Positions 11,100 to 24,300 of a DNA stretch of 64,000 nucleotides are shown here, piece after piece. Origin of the DNA: Antedon mediterranea (lineage: Eukaryota > Animalia > Echinodermata); assembly GCF_964355755.1 (NCBI RefSeq), contig NC_092680.1, positions 11,098,001-11,162,000 on the forward strand, given 5' to 3'. The first letter of the stretch is position 1. Every line of letters starts with the position of its first letter. The notes beneath the pieces were generated by a model, which worked only from the letters and a program-made list of their open reading frames with translations, searched no databases and had not been told where the DNA came from. The position numbers were made by a program, and so were the translations under genes.

Positions 11100-14000
11100 A
11101 AATGTCTCCAAATGCGATTTGAAGATATTCTGAGCACTTTGGTGTTTTTATGTTAAAAAGTTTTATCGAAAATCACAAAATGGTCTAAAACGTCTCCAAA
11201 TGCGATTTGAAGCTCTTCTGTACACTTTGATGTTTTGTGTGAAAAAGTTTTGTCGAAATGCTCAAAATGGTCTAAAACGTTTTTAAATACGATATTAAGC
11301 TGTTTTGTGCACTTTGATGATTTGTGTGAAAAGTTTTAACGAAATGCTCAAAATGGTCTAAAACGGTTTCTAATGTGATTTTAAGCACTTTGATGTTTTT
11401 GTGTAACCAAGTTTTATCGAAAATCACAAAATAGTCTAAAACGTCTCCAAATGCGATTTGAAGCTTTTCTAAGCACTTTGGTGTTTTTATGTTAACAAGT
11501 TTTTTCGAAAATCACAAAATGGTCTAAAACGTCTCCAAATGCGATTTGAGGATATTCTGAGCACTTTGGTGTTTTTTGTTAAAAAGTTTTTTCGAAAATC
11601 ACAAAATGGTCTAAAACGTCTCCAAATGCGATTTGAAGCTATTCTGTACACTTTGATGTTTTGTGTGAAAAAGTTTTGTCGAAATGCTCAAAATGGTCTA
11701 AAACATTTTTAAATACGATATTAAGCTATTTTGTGATCTTTGATGTTTTTGTGTGAAAAGTTTTATCGAAATGCTCAAAATGGTCTAAAACGGTTTCTAT
11801 TGTGATTTTAAGCACTTTGATGATTTTGTGTAACCAAGTTTCATCGAAATGTACAAAATGGTCTAAAACGTCTCCAAATGCGATTTGAAGCTATTCTAAG
11901 TACTTTTGTGTTTTTATGTTAACAAGTTTTTTCGAAAATCACAAAATGGTCTAAAACGTCTTCAAATGCGATTTGAAGCTTTTCTGTACACTTTGATGTT
12001 TTGTGTGAAAAAGTTTTGTCAAAATGCTCAAAATGGTCTAAAACGTTTTTAAAACGATATTAAGCTATTTTGTGCTCTTTGATGTTTTTGTGTAACCAAG
12101 TTTCATCGAAAATCACAACATGGTCTAAAACGTCTCCAAATGCGATTTGAAGCTTTTCTAAGCACTTTGGTGTTTTTATGTTAACAAGTTTTTTCGAAAA
12201 TCACAAAATGGTCTAAAACGTCTCCAAATGCGATTTGAAGCTCTTCTGTACACTTTGATGTTTTGTTTGAAAAAGTTTTGTCGAAATTCTCAAAATGGTC
12301 TAAAACGTTTTTAAATACGATATTAAGCTGTTTTGTGCACTTTGATGATTTGTGTGAAAAGTTTTAACGAAATGCTCAAAATGGTCTAAAACGGTTTCTA
12401 ATGTGATTTTAAGCACTTTGATGTTTTTGTGTAACCAAGTTTTTTCGAAAATCACAAAATAGTCTAAAACGTCTCCAAATGCGATTTGAAGCTATTCTGT
12501 ACACTTTTATGTTTTGTGTGAAAAAGTTTTGTCGAAATGCTCAAAATGGTCTAAAACGTTTTAATATACCATATTAAGCTATTTTGTGCACTTTGATGTT
12601 TTTTGTGAAAAGTTTTATCGAAATCCTCAAAATGGTCTAAAACGGTTTCTATTGTGATTTTAAGCACTTTGATGATTTTGTGTAACCAAGTTTCATCGAA
12701 ATGTACAAAATGGTCTAAAACGTCTCCAAATGCGATTTGAAGCTATTCTAAGTACTTTTGTGTTTTTATGTTAACAAGTTTTTTTTTAAATCACAAAATG
12801 GTCTAAAACGTCTTCAAATGCGATTTGAAGCTATTCTGTACACTTTGATGTTTTGTGTGAAAAAGTTTTGTCGAAATGCTCAAAATGGTCTAAAACGTTT
12901 TTAAATACGATATTAAGCTATTTTGTGATCTTTGATGTTTTTGTGTGAAAAGTTTTATCGAAATGCTCAAAATGGTCTAAAACGGTTTCTATTGTGATTT
13001 TAAGCACTTTGATGATTTTGTGTAACCAAGTTTCATCGAAATGTACAAAATGGTCTAAAACGTCTCCAAATGCGATTTGAAGCTATTCTAAGTACTTTTG
13101 TGTTTTTATGTTAACAAGTTTTTTCGAAAATCACAAAATGGTCTAAAACGTCTTCAAATGCGATTTGAAGCTATTCTGTACACTTTGATGTTTTGTGTGA
13201 AAAAGTTTTGTCGAAATGCTCAAAATGGTCTAAAACGTTTTTAAATACGATATTAAGCTATTTTGTGCTCTTTGATGTTTTTGTGTAACCAAGTTTCATC
13301 GAAAATCACAAAATGGTCTAAAACGTCTTCAAATGCGATTTGAAGCTATTCTGTACACTTTGATGTTTTGTGTGAAAAAGTTTTGTCAAAATGCTCAAAA
13401 TGGTCTAAAACGTTTTTAAAACGATATTAAGCTATTTTGTGCTCTTTGATGTTTTTGTGTAACCAAGTTTCATCGAAAATCACAAAATGGTCTAAAACGT
13501 TTTTAAAACGATATTAAGCTATTTTGTGCTCTTTGATGTTTTTGTGTAACCAAGTTTCATCGAAATCAACAAAATGGTCTAATACGTCTTCAAATGCGAT
13601 TTGAAGCTATTCTGTACACTTTGATGTTTTGTGTGAAAAAGTTTTGTCGAAATGCTCAAAATGGTCTAAAACGTTTTTAAATACGATATAAAGCTATTTT
13701 GTGATCTTTGATGTTTTTGTGTGAAAAGTTTTATCGAAATGCTCAAAATGGTCTAAAACGTCTCCAAATGCGATTTGAAGCTATTCTGTACACTTTGATG
13801 TTTTGTGTGAAAAAGTTTTGTCGAAATGCTCAAAATGGTCTAAAACGTTTTTAAATACGATATTAAGCTATTTTGTGATCTTTGATGTTTTTGTGTGAAA
13901 AGTTTTATCGAAATGCTCAAAATGGTCTAAAACGGTTTCTATTGTGATTTTAAGCACTTTGATGATTTTGTGTAACCAAGTTTCATCGAAATGTACAAAA

Positions 14001-17000
14001 TGGTCTAAAACGTCTCCAAATGCGATTTGAAGCTATTCTAAGTACTTTTGTGTTTTTATGTTAACAAGTTTTTTCGAAAATCACAAAATGGTCTAAAACG
14101 TCTTCAAATGCGATTTGAAGCTATTCTGTACACTTTGATGTTTTGTGTGAAAAAGATTTGTCGATATGCTCAAAATGGTCTAAAACGTTTTTAAATACGA
14201 TATTAAGCTGTTTTGTGCACTTTAATGATTTGTGTGAAAAGTTTTACGAAATGCTCAAAATGGTCTAAAACGGTTTCTAATGTGATTTTAAGCACTTTGA
14301 TGTTTTTGTGTAACCAAGTTTTTTCGAAAATCACAAAATGGTCTAAAACGTCTCCAAATGCGATTTCAAGCTTTTCTAAGCACTTTGGTGTTTTTATGTT
14401 AACAAGTTATTTCGAAAATCACAAAATGGTCTAAAACGTCTCCAAATGCGATTTGAGGATATTCTAAGCACTTTGGTGTTTTTATGTTAAAAAGTTTTTT
14501 CGAAAATCACAAAATGGTCTAAACGTCTCCAAATGCGATTTGAAGCTATTCTGTACACTTTGATGTTTTGTGTGAAAAAGTTTTGTCGAAATGCTCAAAA
14601 TGGTCTAAAACGTTTTTAAAACGATATTAAGCTATTTTGTGCTCTTTGATGTTTTTGTGTAACCAAGTTTCATCGAAATCAACAAAATGGTCTAATACGT
14701 CTCCAAATGCGATTTGAAGTTTTTCCAAGCACTTTGCTGTTTTTATGTTAACAAGTTTTTTCGAAAATCACAAAATGGTCTAAAACGTCTTCAAATGCGA
14801 TTTGAAGCTATTCTGTACACTTTGATGTTTTGTGTGAAAAAGTTTTGTCGAAATGCTCAAAATGGTCTAAAACGTTTTTAAATACGATATAAAGCTATTT
14901 TGTGATCTTTGATGTTTTTGTGTGAAAAGTTTTATCGAAATGCTCAAAATGGTCTAAAACGGTTTCTAATGCGATTTGAAGCTATTCTGTACCCTTTGAA
15001 GTTTTTTGTGAAAAAGTTTTCTCGAAATGCTCAAAATGGTCTAAAAAGTTTTTATATACCATATTAAGCTATTTTGTGCACTTTGATGTTTTTTGTGAAA
15101 AGTTTTATCGAAATGCTCAAAATGGTCTAAAACGGTTTCTATTGGGATTTTAAGCACTTTGATGATTTTGTGTAACCAAGTTTCATCGAAATGTACAAAA
15201 TGGTCTAAAACGTCTCCAAATGCGATTTGAAGCTATTCTAAGTACTTTTGTGTTTTTATGTTAACAAGTTTTTTCGAAAATCACAAAATGGTCTAAAACG
15301 TCTTCAAATGCGATTTGAAGCTATTCTGTACACTTTTATGTTTTGTGTGAAAAAGTTTTGTCGAAATTCTCAAAATGGTCTAAAACGTTTTTAAATACGA
15401 TATTAAGCTGTTTTGTGCACTTTGATGATTTGTGTGAAAAGTTTTAACGAAATGCTCAAAATGGTCAAAAACGGTTTCTAATGTGATTTTAAGCACTTTG
15501 ATGTTTTTGTGTAACCAAGTTTTTTCAAAAATCACAAAATGGTCTAAAACGTCTCCAAATGCGATTTGAAGCTTTTCTAAGCACTTTGGTGTTTTTATGT
15601 TAACAAGTTTTTTCGAAAATCACAAAATGGTCTAAAACGTCTCCAAATGCGATTTGAAGATATTCTGAGCACTTTGGTGTTTTTATGTTAAAAAGTTTTT
15701 TCGAAAATCACAAAATAGTCTAAAACGTCTCCAAATGCGATTTGAAGCTATTCTGTACACTTTGATGTTTTGTGTGAAAAAGTTTTGTCGAAATGCTCAA
15801 AATGGTCTAAAACGTTTTTAAAACGATATTAAGCTATTTTGTGCTCTTTGATGTTTTTGTGTAACCAAGTTTCATCGAAAATCACAAAATGGTCTAAAAC
15901 GTCTCAAAATGCGATTTGAAGCTTTTCTAAGCACTTTGGTGTTTTTATGTTAACAAGTTTTTTCGAAAATCACAAAATGGTCTAAAATGTCTCCAAATGC
16001 GATTTGAAGATATTCTGAGCACTTTGGTGTTTTTATGTTAAAAAGTTTTTTCGAAAATCACAAAATGGTCTAAAACGTCTCCAAATGCGATTTGAAGCTC
16101 TTCTGTACACTTTGATGTTTTGTGTGAAAAAGTTTTGTCGAAATGCTCAAAATGGTCTAAAACGTTTTTAAATACGATATTAAGCTGTTTTGTGCACTTT
16201 GATGATTTGTGTGAAAAGTTTTAACGAAATGCTCAAAATGGTCTAAAACGGTTTCTAATGTGATTTTAAGCACTTTGATGTTTTTGTGTAACCAAGTTTT
16301 ATCGATAATCACAAAATAGTCTAAAACGTCTCCAAATGCGATTTGAAGCTTTTCTAAGCACTTTGGTGTTTTTATGTTAACAAGTTTTTTCGAAAATCAC
16401 AAAATGGTCTAAAACGTCTCCAAATGCGATTTGAGGATATTCTGAGCACTTTGGTGTTTTTTTGTTAAAAAGTTTTTTCGAAAATCACAAAATGGTCTAA
16501 AACTTCTCCAAATGCGATTTGAAGCTATTCTGTACACTTTGATGTTTTGTGTGAAAAAGTTTTGTCGAAATGCTCAAAATGGTCTAAAACATTTTTAAAT
16601 ACGATATTAAGCTATTTTGTGATCTTTGATGTTTTTGTGTGAAAAGTTTTATCGAAATGCTCAAAATGGTCTAAAACGGTTTCTATTGTGATTTTAAGCA
16701 CTTTGATGATTTTGTGTAACCAAGTTTCATCGAAATGTACAAAATGGTCTAAAACGTCTCCAAATGCGATTTGAAGCTATTCTAAGTACTTTTGTGTTTT
16801 TATGTTAACAAGTTTTTTCGAAAATCACAAAATGGTCTAAAACGTCTTCAAATGCGATTTGAAGCTATTCTGTACACTTTGATGTTTTGTGTGAAAAAGT
16901 TTTGTCAAAATGCTCAAAATGGTCTAAAACGTTTTTAAAACGATATTAAGCTATTTTGTGCTCTTTGATGTTTTTGTGTAACCAAGTTTCATCGAAAATC

Positions 17001-18300
17001 ACAACATGGTCTAAAACGTCTCCAAATGCGATTTGAAGCTTTTCTAAGCACTTTGGTGTTTTTATGTTAACAAGTTTTTTCGAAAATCACAAAATGGTCT
17101 AAAACGTCTCCAAATGCGATTTGAAGCTCTTCTGTACACTTTGATGTTTTGTTTGAAAAAGTTTTGTCGAAATTCTCAAAATGGTCTAAAACGTTTTTAA
17201 ATACGATATTAAGCTGTTTTGTGCACTTTGATGATTTGTGTGAAAAGTTTTAACGAAATGCTCAAAATGGTCTAAAACGGTTTCTAATGTGATTTTAAGC
17301 ACTTTGATGTTTTTGTGTAACCAAGTTTTTTCGAAAATCACAAAATAGTCTAAAACGTCTCCAAATGCGATTTGAAGCTATTCTGTACACTTTTATGTTT
17401 TGTGTGAAAAAGTTTTGTCGAAATGCTCAAAATGGTCTAAAACGTTTTAATATACCATATTAAGCTATTTTGTGCACTTTGATGTTTTTTGTGAAAAGTT
17501 TTATCGAAATCCTCAAAATGGTCTAAAACGGTTTCTATTGTGATTTTAAGCACTTTGATGATTTTGTGTAACCAAGTTTCATCGAAATGTACAAAATGGT
17601 CTAAAACGTCTCCAAATGCGATTTGAAGCTATTCTAAGTACTTTTGTGTTTTTATGTTAACAAGTTTTTTTTTAAATCACAAAATGGTCTAAAACGTCTT
17701 CAAATGCGATTTGAAGCTATTCTGTACACTTTGATGTTTTGTGTGAAAAAGTTTTGTCGAAATGCTCAAAATGGTCTAAAACGTTTTTAAATACGATATT
17801 AAGCTATTTTGTGATCTTTGATGTTTTTGTGTGAAAAGTTTTATCGAAATGCTCAAAATGGTCTAAAACGGTTTCTATTGTGATTTTAAGCACTTTGATG
17901 ATTTTGTGTAACCAAGTTTCATCGAAATGTACAAAATGGTCTAAAACGTCTCCAAATGCGATTTGAAGCTATTCTAAGTACTTTTGTGTTTTTATGTTAA
18001 CAAGTTTTTTCGAAAATCACAAAATGGTCTAAAACGTCTTCAAATGCGATTTGAAGCTATTCTGTACACTTTGATGTTTTGTGTGAAAAAGTTTTGTCGA
18101 AATGCTCAAAATGGTCTAAAACGTTTTTAAATACGATATTAAGCTATTTTGTGATCTTTGATGTTTTTGTGTAACCAAGTTTCATCGAAAATCACAAAAT
18201 GGTCTAAAACGTCTTCAAATGCGATTTGAAGCTATTCTGTACACTTTGATGTTTTGTGTGAAAAAGTTTTGTCAAAATGCTCAAAATGGTCTAAAACGTT
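11100..18300 (+). repeat. Direct duplication with ~4,886-bp spacing (~2 kb repeated)
   Basis: CAACATGG at 12116 and 17002, followed in the same order by GTTTGAAAAAG, TTTTAATATACC, GAAATCCTC and the long-T variant. Boundaries approximate. Confidence 0.78.
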
Positions 18301-21300
18301 TTTAAAACGATATTAAGCTATTTTGTGCTCTTTGATGTTTTTGTGTAACCAAGTTTCATCGAAAATCACAAAATGGTCTAAAACGTCTCCAAATGCGATT
18401 TGAAGCTTTTCTAAGCACTTTGGTGTTTTTATGTTAACAAGTTTTTTCGAAAATCACGAAATGGTCTAAAATGTCTCCAAATGCGATTTGAAGATATTCT
18501 GAGCACTTAGATGTTTTTGTGTGAAAAGTTTTATCGAAATGCTCAAAATGGTCTAAAACGGTTTCTAATGCGATTTGAAGCTATTCTGTACACTTTGAAG
18601 TTTTTTGTGAAAAAGTTTTCTCGAAATGCTCAAAATGGTCTAAAACGTTTTTATATACCATATTAAGCTATTTTGTGCACTTTTATGTTTTGTGTGAAAA
18701 AGTTTTGTCGAAATTCTCAAAATGGTCTAAAACGTTTTTAAATACGATATTAAGCTGTTTTGTGCACTTTGATGATTTGTGTGAAAAGTTTTAACGAAAT
18801 GCTCAAAATGGTCAAAAACGGTTTCTAATGTGATTTTAAGCACTTTGATGTTTTTGTGTAACCAAGTTTTTTCAAAAATCACAAAATGGTCTAAAACGTC
18901 TCCAAATGCGATTTGAAGCTTTTCTAAGCACTTTGGTGTTTTTATGTTAAGTTTTTTCGAAAATCACAAAATGGTCTAAAACGTCTCCAAATGCGATTTG
19001 AAGCTATTCTGTACACTTTGATGTTTTGTGTGAAAAAGTTTTGTCGAAATGCTCAAAATGGTCTAAAACATTTTTAAATACGATATTAAGCTATTTTGTG
19101 ATCTTTGATGTTTTTGTGTGAAAAGTTTTATCGAAATGCTCAAAATGGTCTAAAACGTCTCCAAATGCGATTTGAAGCTATTCTGTACACTTTGATGTTT
19201 TGTGTGAAAAAGTTTTGTCGAAATGCTCAAAATGGTCTAAAACGTTTTTAAATACGATATTAAGCTATTTTGTGATCTTTGATGTTTTTGTGTGAAAAGT
19301 TTTAACGAAATGCTCAAAATGGTCAAAAACGGTTTCTAATGTGATTTTAAGCACTTTGATGTTTTTGTGTAACCAAGTTTTTTCAAAAATTTCAAAATGG
19401 TCTAAAACGTCTCCAAATGCGATTTGAAGCTTTTCTAAGCACTTTGGTGTTTTTATGTTAACAAGTTTTTTCGAAAATCACAAAATGGTCTAAAACGTCT
19501 CCAAATGCGATTTGAAGATATTCTGAGCACTTTGGTGTTTTTATGTTAAAAAGTTTTTTCGAAAATCACAAAATGGTCTAAAACGTCTTCAAATAAGATT
19601 TGAAGCTATTCTGTACACTTTGATGTTTTGTGTGAAAAAGTTTTGTCGAAATGCTCAAAATGGTCTAAACCGTTTTTAAATACGATATTAAGCTATTTTG
19701 TGATCTTTGATGTTTTTGTGTGAAAAGTTTTATCGAAATGCTCAAAATGGTCTAAAACGGTTTCTAATGCGATTTGAAGCTATTCTGTACACTTTGAAGT
19801 TTTGTGTGAAAAAGTTTTCTCGAAATGCTCAAAATGGTCTAAAACGTTTTTATATACCATATTAAGCTATTTTGTGCACTTTGATGTTTTTTGTGAAAAG
19901 TTTTATCGAAATGCTCAAAATGGTCTAAAACGGTTTCTATTGTGATTTTAAGCACTTTGATGATTTTGTGTAACCAAGTTTCATCGAAATGTACAAAATG
20001 GTCTAAAACGTCTCCAAATGCGATTTGAAGCTATTCTAAGTACTTTTGTGTTTTTATGTTAACAAGTTTTTTCGAAAATCACAAAATGGTCTAAAACGTC
20101 TTCAAATGCGATTTGAAGCTATTCTGTACACTTTGATGTTTTGTGTGAAAAAGTTTTGTCGAAATGCTCAAAATGGTCTAAAACGTTTTTAAATACGATA
20201 TTAAGCTATTTTGTGATCTTTGATGTTTTTGTGTGAAAAGTTTTATCAAAATGCTCAAAATGGTCTGAAACGGTTTCTAATGCGATTTGAAGCTATTCTG
20301 TACACTTTGAAGTTTTGTGTGAAAAAGTTTTCTCGAAATGCTCAAAATGGTCTAAATCGTTTTTATATACCATATTAAGCTATTCTGTACACTTTGATGT
20401 TTTGTGTGAAAAAGTTTTGTCAAAATGCTCAAAATGGTCTAAAACGTTTTTAAAACGATATTAAGCTATTTTGTGCTCTTTGATGATTTTGTGTAACCAA
20501 GTTTCATCGAAATGTACAAAATGGTCTAAAACGTCTCCAAATGCGATTTGAAGCTATTCTAAGTACTTTGGTGTTTTTATGTTAACAAGTTTTTTCGAAA
20601 ATCACAAAATGGTCTAAAACGTCTTCAAATGCGATTTGAAGCTATTCTGTACACTTTTATGTTTTGTGTGAAAAAGTTTTGTCGAAATGCTCAAAATGGT
20701 CTAAAACGTTTTAAAATACCATATTAAGCTATTTTGTGCACTTTGATGTTTTTTGTGAAAAGTTTTATCGAAATGCTCAAAATGGTCTAAAACGGTTTCT
20801 ATTGTGATTTTAAGCACTTTGATGATTTTGTGTAACCAAGTTTCATCGAAATGTACAAAATGGTCTAAAACGTCTCCAAATGCGATTTGAAGCTATTCTA
20901 AGTACTTTTTTGTTTTTATGTTAACAAGTTTTTTTTTAAATCACAAAATGGTCTAAAACGTCTTCAAATGCGATTTGAAGCTATTCTGTACACTTTGATG
21001 TTTTGTGTGAAAAAGTTTTGTCGAAATGCTCAAAATGGTCTAAAACGTTTTTAAATACGATATTAAGCTATTTTGTGATCTTTGATGTTTTTGTGTGAAA
21101 AGTTTTATCGAAATGCTCAAAATGGTCTAAAACGGTTTCTATTGTGATTTTAAGCACTTTGATGATTTTGTGTAACCAAGTTTCATCGAAATGTACAAAA
21201 TGGTCTAAAACGTCTCCAAATGCGATTTGAAGCTATTCTAAGTACTTTTGTGTTTTTATGTTAACAAGTTTTTTCGAAAATCACAAAATGGTCTAAAACG

Positions 21301-24300
21301 TCTTCAAATGCGATTTGAAGCTATTCTGTACACTTTGATGTTTTGTGTGAAAAAGTTTTGTCGAAATGCTCAAAATGGTCTAAAACGTTTTTAAATACGA
21401 TATTAAGCTATTTTGTGCTCTTTGATGTTTTTGTGTAACCAAGTTTCATCGAAAATCACAAAATGGTCTAAAACGTTTTTAAATACGATATTAAGCTGTT
21501 TTGTGCACTTTGATGATTTGTGTGAAAAGTTTTAACGAAATGCTCAAAATGGTCAAAAACGGTTTCTAATGTGATTTTAAGCACTTTGATGTTTTTGTGT
21601 AACCAAGTTTTTTCAAAAATCACAAAATGGTCTAAAACGTCTCCAAATGCGATTTGAAGCTTTTCTAAGCACTTTTGTGTTTTTATGTTAACAAGTTTTT
21701 TCGAAAATCACAAAATGGTCTAAAACGTCTTCAAATGCGATTTGAAGATATTCTGAGCACTTTGGTGTTTTTATGTTAAAAAGTTTTTTCGAAAATCACA
21801 AAATAGTCTAAAACGTCTCCAAATGCGATTTGAAGCTATTCTGTACACTTTGATGTTTTGTGTGAAAAAGTTTTGTCGAAATGCTCAAAATGGTCTAAAA
21901 CGTTTTTAAAACGATATTAAGCTATTTTGTGCTCTTTGATGTTTTTGTGTAACCAAGTTTCATCGAAAATCACAAAATGGTCTAAAACGTCTCCAAATGC
22001 GATTTGAAGCTTTTCTAAGCACTTTGGTGTTTTTATGTTAACAAGTTTTTTCGAAAATCTTGAAATGGTCTAAAATGTCTCCAAATGCGATTTGAAGATA
22101 TTCTGAGCACTTTGGTGTTTTTATGTTAAAAAGTTTTTTCGAAAATCACAAAATGGTCTAAAACGTCTCCAAATGCGATTTGAAGCTCTTCTGTACACTT
22201 TGATGTTTTGTGTGAAAAAGATTTGTCGATATGCTCAAAATGGTCTAAAACGTTTTTAAATACGATATTAAGCTGTTTTGTGCACTTTAATGATTTGTGT
22301 GAAAAGTTTTACGAAATGCTCAAAATGGTCTAAAACGGTTTCTAATGTGATTTTAAGCACTTTGATGTTTTTGTGTAACCAAGTTTTTTCGAAAATCACA
22401 AAATGGTCTAAAACGTCTCCAAATGCGATTTGAAGCTTTTCTAAGCACTTTGGTGTTTTTATGTTAACAAGTTTTTTCGAAAATCACAAAATGGTCTAAA
22501 ACGTCTCCAAATGCGATTTGAGGATATTCTGAGCACTTTGGTGTTTTTATGTTAAAAAGTTTTTTCGAAAATCACAAAATGGTCTAAAACGTCTCCAAAT
22601 GCGATTTGAAGCTATTCTGTACACTTTGATGTTTTGTGTGAAAAAGTTTTGTCGAAATGCTCAAAATGGTCTAAAACGTTTTTAAAACGATATTAAGCTA
22701 TTTTGTGCTCTTTGATGTTTTTGTGTAACCAAGTTTCATCGAAATCAACAAAATGGTCTAATACGTCTCCAAATGCGATTTGAAGTTTTTCCAAGCACTT
22801 TGCTGTTTTTATGTTAACAAGTTTTTTCGAAAATCACAAAATGGTCTAAAACGTCTTCAAATGCGATTTGAAGCTATTCTGTACACTTTGATGTTTTGTG
22901 TGAAAAAGTTTTGTCGAAATTCTCAAAATGGTCTAAAACGTTTTTAAATACGATATAAAGCTATTTTGTGATCTTTGATGTTTTTGTGTGAAAAGTTTTA
23001 TCGAAATGCTCAAAATGGTCTAAAACGGTTTCTAATGCGATTTGAAGCTATTCTGTACCCTTTGAAGTTTTTTGTGAAAAAGTTTTCTCGAAATGCTCAA
23101 AATGGTCTAAAAAGTTTTTATATACCATATTAAGCTATTTTGTGCACTTTGATGTTTTTTGTGAAAAGTTTTATCGAAATGCTCAAAATGGTCTAAAACG
23201 GTTTCTATTGGGATTTTAAGCACTTTGATGATTTTGTGTAACCAAGTTTCATCGAAATGTACAAAATGGTCTAAAACGTCTCCAAATGCGATTTGAAGCT
23301 ATTCTAAGTACTTTTGTGTTTTTATGTTAACAAGTTTTTTCGAAAATCACAAAATGGTCTAAAACGTCTTCAAATGCGATTTGAAGCTATTCTGTACACT
23401 TTTATGTTTTGTGTGAAAAAGTTTTGTCGAAATTCTCAAAATGGTCTAAAACGTTTTTAAATACGATATTAAGCTGTTTTGTGCACTTTGATGATTTGTG
23501 TGAAAAGTTTTAACGAAATGCTCAAAATGGTCAAAAACGGTTTCTATTGTGATTTTAAGCACTTTGATGATTTTGTGTAACCAAGTTTCATCGAAATGTA
23601 CAAAATGGTCTAAAACGTCTCCAAATGCGATTTGAAGCTATTCTAAGTACTTTTGTGTTTTTATGTTAACAAGTTTTTTCGAAAATCACAAAATGGTCTA
23701 AAACGTCTTCAAATGCGATTTGAAGCTATTCTGTACACTTTGATGTTTTGTGTGAAAAAGTTTTGTCGAAATGCTCAAAATGGTCTAAAACGTTTTTAAA
23801 TACGATATTAAGCTATTTTGTGATCTTTGATGTTTTTGTGTGAAAAGTTTTATCGAAATCCTCAAAATGGTCTGAAACGGTTTCTAATGCGATTTGAAGC
23901 TATTCTGTACACTTTGAAGTTTTTTGTGAAAAAGTTTTCTCGAAATGCTCAAAATGGTCTAAAACGTTTTTATATACCATATTAAGCTATTTTGTGCACT
24001 TTGATGTTTTTTGTGAAAAGTTTTATCGAAATGCTCAAAATGGTCTAAAACGGTTTCTATTGGGATTTAAGCACTTTGATGATTTTGTGTAACCAAGTTT
24101 CATCGAAATGTACAAAATGGTCTAAAACGTCTCCAAATGCGATTTGAAGCTATTCTAAGTACTTTTGTGTTTTTATGTTAACAAGTTTTTTCGAAAATCA
24201 CAAAATGGTCTAAAACGTCTCCAAATGCGATTTGAAGCTATTCTGTACACTTTTATGTTTTGTGTGAAAAAGTTTTGTCGAAATGCTCAAAATGGTCTAA

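Larger units (their letters stand above)
1..17563 (+). repeat. Macro-repeat copy 1 (17,563 bp; phase set by the window start)
   Basis: Constant offset 17,563 to copy 2 at private markers: GTTTTTTTTTAAATC 101/17664, TAAGATTTG 2031/19594, extra-C TCCAAAATGG 10581/28144. Confidence 0.9.
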
